A program made the position numbers and the translations under genes. The notes below the pieces were generated by a model. The model saw nothing but the letters and a program-made list of their open reading frames with translations. It had not been told where the DNA came from and made no database searches. 20,000 nucleotides of DNA from an uncultured virus (IMG/VR IMGVR_UViG_3300013112_000606). Lineage: Duplodnaviria; Heunggongvirae; Uroviricota; Caudoviricetes. Below, one piece after another: positions 15,001 to 20,000 of the stretch. Where the stretch lies: the IMG/VR virus record IMGVR_UViG_3300013112_000606; one strand, given 5' to 3'. The first letter of the stretch is position 1; the number at the start of each line of letters is the position of its first letter.

Positions 15001-17817
15001 CCCCCGGCCTTCGACGGCTACTGCTACGACGACTACGGCAACCTCCAGGACCCCTTCGACTGGATCGTCGCCTTCTTCGCGTGGCTCATCGACTTCCTGG
15101 GCCGGCTGGGCCTGGACGTACCGGAGGACATCCTCGACTACCTGGGCCTGGAGGCCATCCTCCTGGCCCTGTCCGACCTCATCTTCGTGGACTACACCAT
15201 CGGGCACGCGACGTGCTGCAACACCGTGCGCGTGTACTTCACCGAGCCCACCACGGTCGAGGTGGACTCCGGTGGCGAGTGCGTCATCCTCTACGCCGAC
15301 GAGGAGGACGACATCCCCATCACCATCTACGCGGGGCAGCCGACGCTGTGGTCCGCGGTGGTGGGTGCCGAGGAGCTGCTGTACGCGCCGTGCCACGACG
15401 CGCCGGCGCACCAGGTCTACCCCAGCAAGGTCGAGGCCGAGGACCACGACGAGAAGCTGCTCCCCCGGCACATCGAGACGGTGAGCCAGGGCCTCAACAG
15501 CGTGATGAAGCTCACGGACCTCTCCGTGCCCACGCCCATCGAGCTGGGGCTGATCGAGGGCCGGGACTTCATGGAGCTCCACGAGGAGATCTTCGCCCTG
15601 CCCTCCACCCGGCCTGTGGACCTCGCGGCTGTGGCGGAGTCGGACGCGCTCACCTTCCCCCTGCCGCTGACGTGGTCCCCGGCCGTGCAGACGTCGGACA
15701 CCCTGCAGTACACGACGGTGTTCGCCGCGGCGGGTTGGACCTTCGTGGTCATCCTCGTGGACAGCGGCGGGTCCCGGACGCTCACGTGGACGGTCCCAGC
15801 CGGACCAGCTCTGGGCGTCGGCGACGCCACGTCCCTGATGACAACCCTCGCCACCATGGGCGTTGGGTTCGACGGCGCGACGCAGGTGTTCACCTACAAC
15901 GTCGTCAACGACCAGCTCGTGATCACCACGGTCGAGGGCGGATCCTCCGTCTACCTGGGCGTGCGCACCTGCGACTTCGTGACCCAGGGCATCACGGTGT
16001 TCCAGGGTGGTGTCGGCGCCGGGGTGTACGGGTCCGACGAGAGCCTGGAGGTCGAGGCCATCGACAGCGCGGGCACGCACTCGCTCAGCCACGCGTTCAG
16101 CACCCCCGGCGTACCCCCGGCCGACATGGCGGCCCTGGTGGCGGAGCTGAACGCGGACTCCGCGTTCACGGACAGCGGCGGGTCTCCTGTCCTCGTCGCC
16201 AGCGCGGGCCCGACGGGTCTCCAGCTGTCGACCGTGGAGCTTGGCGGGACGGTGAGCATCGCCGTCGACGCAACCTCCACCAGCATCGTCTCTGGTGCGC
16301 TCCCGTGGACCAACCTCACGGGGGTCGGGACCACGCAGGTCAAGCACAAGGTGCGCCTGCCTGCGGGGCGCACGTGGCGGAACAGCGCCACCATCGAGGT
16401 CATGGAGTCCTCGGGTATCGACTTCCGCCTGCTGGCGCAGGCGGGTGACCTGCTCTTCATCGAGGAGGGGACCGACGCTGGAGGCTACGTCATCGGGTCC
16501 GTGGCGGAGCGCCAGCTCGTCCTGGACCGCCCGCTGGTCGATGGTTCGGCCGTCCCGGTCAAGAGCGCGGCCGACGGGAGCTGGGATGGCCGCGCGGCAG
16601 ACCCAGGCAACAAGCGCTTCACGGCGACGAGCAACCCCTTCACCACCGAGGACCTGGGCCGCTACCTGACCATCTACGGCTCGCACAACCCGGCGGCGAA
16701 CGGGTCGTACCGCATCTCGGACATCGACACCGTTGCTGGCTCCTGGGCGGAGCTGGACATCCCGGCAGGCAGCTTCCCGGCCGACGATGCCGAGACCTCG
16801 GTGCTCTGGGTGGTCTCGGCGGCGCCGATGACCGATCCCGCTGAGGCAGCAGCTGGCGGGACCGAGCTGTGGGGCCTTCGCCCCTTCCGCATCTACTCGG
16901 GCGTCGCCGGCGTCTGGGCTGTCTCCGCGGTGAGCACGTCCCTGGATGCCTCCCTGGCGACCTTCAGCGTGCAGGACCCCAACGACCTGACCCACTACCC
17001 GGTGGACGGCCAGGACCAGCCCTTCCGCATCGTGCGGCCGGGGGTCCAGCGGGTGCACTCCACGGTGATGGCGGGCCAGAAGGAGGGGAGCCTCTACTAC
17101 GCGGACTTCCTCATCTACGGGCTGGGGTCGGAGGACCTCTACAACCTGCCAGGCAACACGCGCCTCGAGATGGTCTTCGGGACCTACAAGAGCGACGGCT
17201 ACAGGTACGAGACGGAGGACACCAACCTCACGTTCAGCCCCTACGAGCGGGTGCACCTGCACTTCTCGCCGTCCGTGATCCCGGTGGGCTCCGAGGACAA
17301 CACCGCGGCGCGGATCCCGGTGGATGGCCAGTCCGTGGAGGTGCGCTACACCTGGGCGCCCCTCGTGGCCCAGATCCAGAACTTCGCCACTTCCCGTCAG
17401 GAGCGGGTGGTGTGCTCGGACCCGCTCATCCGCCACTTCCTCCCCTCCTACGTGGCCATCCAAGGCACCTACCGTGGGGGCGGGGACGCCAGCGCCCTGT
17501 ACACGAAGGTGGTGGACCTCATCCGCGGGCTGGACCCCCTCGACGAGCTGGCGCTGGCTGCCCTCGAGGACATCCTGCGGGAGGCCGGGGCTACGGACTG
17601 GATCCACCCGTCGGAGATCGTTGCGGTCACCCACGACCTGGACCGCCGGGTGGTGGCCGACAGGAGCGAGGACCGGCTCGGCGGCGAGGTGGAGGTCTAC
17701 TTCAACGGGAGCAACCGGACGTCCTACTTCATCCCGGGAGCGGACGGGAACGTGGACGAGGACGACGGGGAGCGGATCACGTTGACCCGCGAGTCCGGTC
17801 GGGGAGTAATCCGCTGA
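12028..17817 (+). CDS. Giant baseplate wedge protein, baseplate J/gp6-like (1929 aa), with a roughly 1500-aa multi-domain insertion
   Basis: N-terminal J-like motifs: DVDALVANWYVSRREG, VLVEAEKQGTQYAVGPGEI, VTNLAQVQGGAPRETNAEVLVR. C-terminal J-like end: QIQNFATSRQERVVCSDPLIR...LYTKVVDLIRGL. ATGA coupling to the gp25-like gene. Confidence 0.85.
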   Translation: MTPETLQDFVEQRLRALDPSIDLSPGSPAQTQLVQPLLDFMGADPFSMPVQTFIQDRMAQEYPSLDGGPYSGVQDVAIKGSIPALGALRTQVDLVRRRQSVANPASLTEDDVDALVANWYVSRREGEKVRARVRVYYPSPRSVSLSRVNRFYTNSGLNYYPPHTQTITAAQMTTQRTGSLYYVDVLVEAEKQGTQYAVGPGEISNVVGLSDATRVTNLAQVQGGAPRETNAEVLVRTRRSLTERSMVSARGIFARLMSTYPSIRNLEVVGFGDPEMGRDVITGGGYGKQKASGTCFVFGTFCLLLTQYEDRDVTGTDAVEVGDTINLNYWGLLYGLPDHQQHETFTITNIVFSSRSAAPSFPTIYLFQMNGEPTPTSTLLGGFPGLLPAVFASVTGPGKIEVSDIPGGILQPTTERGTLIVDDGEIHIGGKADVWVRPLADSVSSYTPTLVDEASPLLSRTLTIDGLGATPNIVSSTDPTLDWLALGVQPGHYLVILDGADAGTYGILRVSRDELVLDTDLTTTDSGLSFRIADELDLDLVDSRWLKVPFGLDAPGDDLETTVGLDTVRLGTNLLTFQVQEGDILRILEGPDEGDYEITSFETALGGAGPQLDRMLTASNSGLTYEVFTAYGGISRPLVRVEPAGVQMLDAAGQPSDITVPPALPVDGRNPSGFTGAAPGGSGTRGFVMPDLTPTFEPLEDVMRSRLELFGLNDLIAGEVAGVGVFPSTSAEVIDLLNAVVGGGCYSDGCLPCDGYTVVVSFDSDGIRLHTSLTPGIATYWNTILDWFQDTFNAFFPSQPVVAPEMDEDGIFVPWPSAMDPADAAPTLMQFELCLPAEFFNCCNDIFMAFPEFSVEEVAAILGTINAANWPDKLSELSVALDAAAESPLCSAEPGDVLTIASGPNAGGYAVRDLHQFVLAVPIEPLDEDADDVLAPGGTITLQSYQNFLNQFWGQVTICAVSIRGEFAIGPCGAFWDLFQEGLPDLPDLPEPPAFDGYCYDDYGNLQDPFDWIVAFFAWLIDFLGRLGLDVPEDILDYLGLEAILLALSDLIFVDYTIGHATCCNTVRVYFTEPTTVEVDSGGECVILYADEEDDIPITIYAGQPTLWSAVVGAEELLYAPCHDAPAHQVYPSKVEAEDHDEKLLPRHIETVSQGLNSVMKLTDLSVPTPIELGLIEGRDFMELHEEIFALPSTRPVDLAAVAESDALTFPLPLTWSPAVQTSDTLQYTTVFAAAGWTFVVILVDSGGSRTLTWTVPAGPALGVGDATSLMTTLATMGVGFDGATQVFTYNVVNDQLVITTVEGGSSVYLGVRTCDFVTQGITVFQGGVGAGVYGSDESLEVEAIDSAGTHSLSHAFSTPGVPPADMAALVAELNADSAFTDSGGSPVLVASAGPTGLQLSTVELGGTVSIAVDATSTSIVSGALPWTNLTGVGTTQVKHKVRLPAGRTWRNSATIEVMESSGIDFRLLAQAGDLLFIEEGTDAGGYVIGSVAERQLVLDRPLVDGSAVPVKSAADGSWDGRAADPGNKRFTATSNPFTTEDLGRYLTIYGSHNPAANGSYRISDIDTVAGSWAELDIPAGSFPADDAETSVLWVVSAAPMTDPAEAAAGGTELWGLRPFRIYSGVAGVWAVSAVSTSLDASLATFSVQDPNDLTHYPVDGQDQPFRIVRPGVQRVHSTVMAGQKEGSLYYADFLIYGLGSEDLYNLPGNTRLEMVFGTYKSDGYRYETEDTNLTFSPYERVHLHFSPSVIPVGSEDNTAARIPVDGQSVEVRYTWAPLVAQIQNFATSRQERVVCSDPLIRHFLPSYVAIQGTYRGGGDASALYTKVVDLIRGLDPLDELALAALEDILREAGATDWIHPSEIVAVTHDLDRRVVADRSEDRLGGEVEVYFNGSNRTSYFIPGADGNVDEDDGERITLTRESGRGVIR

Positions 17818-18118
17818 GGTCGTTGCGGGGATCGACGGGGGACAGCCCCTCGAGCGGGTTGGCCCCCAGCTTCAGCTCCCCGCGTTGGACGACCACACCC
17901 TCCGCCGTGGAGAGGCAACCGCAGCGCAGGCAGCGGGCACGGAAGTTGGGAGTCAGCTGGTGCTCCAGGAACGGCTGCTTCTCGTCGACCACCTTCTCGA
18001 CCTCCCCACCACACTCGGGGCAGGCCATGGAGTCGAACAGAGAATCGACGGGCTCGAAGACTTCCGGTAGAGTGCTCGTGTGCCCCTCCAATAGGCGGAA
18101 CACCTCGTCTTCGTCCAT
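17777..18118 (-). CDS. Small zinc-ribbon protein (113 aa, starting MDEDEVFRLL)
   Basis: Two CxxC pairs (CPECGG, CLRCG). It fills the gap between two + strand genes. ATG 18118 is preferred because the longer ORF-track start overlaps the next gene. The 3' end overlaps the baseplate gene by 41 nt. Confidence 0.7.
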   Translation of the reverse strand: MDEDEVFRLLEGHTSTLPEVFEPVDSLFDSMACPECGGEVEKVVDEKQPFLEHQLTPNFRARCLRCGCLSTAEGVVVQRGELKLGANPLEGLSPVDPRNDLSGLLPDRTRGST

Positions 18119-18151
18119 GACTTGGAGGGTGAAAGCGCGTGGCACGGCAGT

Positions 18152-18160
18152 AGCATAGCA
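18152..18160 (-). promoter_or_regulatory. Candidate extended -10 promoter (TGcTATGCT) for the zinc-ribbon gene
   Basis: The minus strand reads TGCTATGCT, matching TGn-TAnnnT, about 33 nt upstream of ATG 18118 in the divergent gap. Confidence 0.45.
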
Positions 18161-18182
18161 GGGATGGAGAGGCCGAGTATAG

Positions 18183-20000
18183 ATGGCTACCCAGAAGCCC
18201 GTCGTCGTCAACACGCTGCCACACCCACTCGCCCCGCCGTCTACTGTGGACGTGGACGCGTACCTCCGTTTCGGGCTCCGTGACGTAGACACCTACATCG
18301 ACAGGTCCACCATCCAGGTCGGTCTCGCGTACGGGAACGGGGTCTACGTCCCGTCCAGGGAGCTCGTGCTCCCGGAGGATGTCGAGGGGCTGACGGATCC
18401 CTCGGGCACCACCGAGCTCCACCGCGGCTTCTTCGACGACTGGGCAGGGACCGCCAGCGGCCTCGAGCCTACGCTCGACGCCTCCACCGGCCGCCTGCTG
18501 ATGACCAAGGCCACCGGGGGGCAGGAGAAGAGCTTCTACTCCATCATCGACAGCGCAGTGGAGGGGCGCAGCTTCCACGCCGAGGTGGCTGTGGATCACG
18601 CGCCCGCCGGTGGGGGCGCGGCGCTCTACTTCAACGACGCACGGTACCGAGGGATGATGCTCGGGTTGGTCTCTGGCCTGCGGAACCGCGGCGTGTTCGT
18701 CTTCTTCTGCGAGGACGCCGGTGCACCTCTCCTGGTGGTGTGCGGGCCGGCGACGGGCAACGGGGTGCGGACTGTACTGGCCGAGGTCCCCTATGACTGG
18801 ACCCAGCCTGGCTGCACGTACAAGCTGGTGTGGAACGAGTTCACCACGCCGAAGAGCGTGGAGGTCTACGCGGCCGACTCCATGGGGGAGACGACGCGAA
18901 TCCTGTGGGTGCAGACGACCACCCTCGACCAGTTCCACTCGGCGGCCGTGGTGGGGGGCGAGGTGGTCTCCACCAGTGGCAAGGCCATGCTGGTGTTCGG
19001 GGTGGACGGCCCCGCTGGGTCGGTGGCGACCGTGGACCTCGCTGCGCACTTCACCCTGGGGGGCAGGGCCGTGCACGACGGGCAGATGTGCCACAACCAC
19101 TCGGCCATCATCACCCCGGACCACCTGATCCGGCTGGGCATGGGGACGGTGCCCGAGGACCTCCTGGTCTCCCCCTGGCTGCCGGGCGTGATGGTCGGGT
19201 CGGTGACGGCCACGAGCACCCAGCTGAAGCTCAGCAAGGCGTCCACTGACGACCACTTCCTCCCCCTCGTGTACACCCGGGAGGAGCCCGCCCTCGGCAC
19301 CGCCGGCTGGATGCTTCGGGGGCACATCGCCGGGAGCAGCTCCTCGTACCTGGGGTCCAACCTCTCGGGGATGGGGGTCCTGCTGGACACGGGCGACCGC
19401 CTCGTGCACCTCGCCCTCCTCGACGACTACGCCGAGAAGTTCCTGGGGATCCAGACCAGCCCCGCTGGGAGCCTCATCCAGGAGACCTCGTACACCAAGA
19501 TCCCGGACACGGACTGGTCGGACGGGGTGCCTCTCACGCTCATCGCAGACCCGAACAGGGACGAGGTGGACGTCTTCGTCGACGACGAGCTGGCCCTCAC
19601 GGTCTCCTACAACCCGGCGAACCTGCCCCCGACGGCGGGTGTCGGCGCGCGGGTGACCTTCGGGCACGCCACACCGATGCACCTGCCGAGTGGGTCCTAT
19701 GGGGACTTCACGCTGCAGGAGCTGTGGTACTCGACCAACGCCATCAGCTACTGCGCCGACCACCTCGTCCTGCCCGAGGCGACCGTGACCCCCTGGGTCC
19801 GGGGCCCGATGGGCGCAGGCTCCGTCACCATCGGTGCCGACGGACTGACGCTCCAGGACGACAGCTTCGGCGACCCTGGCACCCCGCTCATGTACCGACG
19901 GACGGAGCCGTACCTGGTCCCGTCGCACGCGGCCTTCGTGGAGTCCCGGTTCGCCGTCGAGTCCTGGAGCGACGACGTGGGGTCCCCCGACCCGGTGGAC
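18183..20000 (+). CDS. Large beta-rich putative virion protein (over 606 aa, starting MATQKPVVVNTLPHP), truncated by the window end
   Basis: Absent from the ORF track because it has no stop in the window. The frame is open from ATG 18183 to 20000 with strong GC3. SD-like GGAGAGG at 18166-18172. Beta-sandwich/lectin-like segments (TYKLVWNE...VEVY; LTLIADPNRDEVDVFVDDELAL). Confidence 0.8.
   Translation, partial: MATQKPVVVNTLPHPLAPPSTVDVDAYLRFGLRDVDTYIDRSTIQVGLAYGNGVYVPSRELVLPEDVEGLTDPSGTTELHRGFFDDWAGTASGLEPTLDASTGRLLMTKATGGQEKSFYSIIDSAVEGRSFHAEVAVDHAPAGGGAALYFNDARYRGMMLGLVSGLRNRGVFVFFCEDAGAPLLVVCGPATGNGVRTVLAEVPYDWTQPGCTYKLVWNEFTTPKSVEVYAADSMGETTRILWVQTTTLDQFHSAAVVGGEVVSTSGKAMLVFGVDGPAGSVATVDLAAHFTLGGRAVHDGQMCHNHSAIITPDHLIRLGMGTVPEDLLVSPWLPGVMVGSVTATSTQLKLSKASTDDHFLPLVYTREEPALGTAGWMLRGHIAGSSSSYLGSNLSGMGVLLDTGDRLVHLALLDDYAEKFLGIQTSPAGSLIQETSYTKIPDTDWSDGVPLTLIADPNRDEVDVFVDDELALTVSYNPANLPPTAGVGARVTFGHATPMHLPSGSYGDFTLQELWYSTNAISYCADHLVLPEATVTPWVRGPMGAGSVTIGADGLTLQDDSFGDPGTPLMYRRTEPYLVPSHAAFVESRFAVESWSDDVGSPDPVD

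Noticed and set aside
11731..17634. 1967-aa minus-strand ORF, and similar long antisense ORFs at 8193-10679, 1307-3349, 4004-5380 and 17724-19928
   Set aside because: These are shadow ORFs from high GC and strong GC3 bias on the + strand. Translations are R/G/V/H/Q-rich with no motifs and mirror the real genes.
11357..17817. Definite assignment as eCIS/T6SS rather than phage
   Set aside because: No sheath, tube, VgrG/PAAR, AAA ATPase or Tss genes are recognisable here. A sigma factor among many orphan genes fits a large phage better, but this window cannot settle it.
1..20000. Genome-wide TAG reassignment (genetic code 15-like)
   Set aside because: Long genes (1929, 848 and over 606 aa) have no internal TAG, and TAG at 4035 and 5386 is followed by out-of-frame genes with good SD sites. 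Only local readthrough remains possible.
1..20000. CRISPR arrays, tRNA/rRNA genes, IS elements, DGR template/variable repeats
   Set aside because: There is almost no intergenic space, and I saw no nucleotide-level direct repeat arrays, transposase or reverse transcriptase motifs. The repeats found are diverged and visible mainly at protein level.

Overview
A GC-rich (roughly 68-70% by eye), almost gap-free run of 17 co-directional + strand genes plus one small minus-strand gene. It reads as part of the virion/late region of a large contractile-tailed phage or a related contractile-injection element. The anchors are a gp25/GpW-like wedge gene (11357-12031) next to a giant 1929-aa baseplate-J-like gene (12028-17817), flanked by acidic, beta-rich/Ig-like structural genes. 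No sheath, tube, capsid or terminase gene is recognisable here. Embedded among these genes are a divergent FliA/SigF-type sigma factor and an ATP-grasp enzyme with a hydrophobic segment at each end. The most striking unexplained signal is a short motif shared by otherwise unrelated basic proteins: FWDELEKISA, SFDELLKLSA (sigma factor), FGDELQKIAA (ATP-grasp), and more weakly LLQLYKLAA and QQLVKVAL. In several of them it is followed by Gly/Ala-rich hydrophobic helices. The acidic structural proteins lack it. I infer a common virion-packaging or protease-processing tag on an injected cargo set. Other points of interest are four of these genes chained in one frame by TAG stops, a domain shared between two different structural proteins, and a Cys-rich amphipathic insert in the baseplate protein. 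All calls come from manual motif reading; no searches were run.
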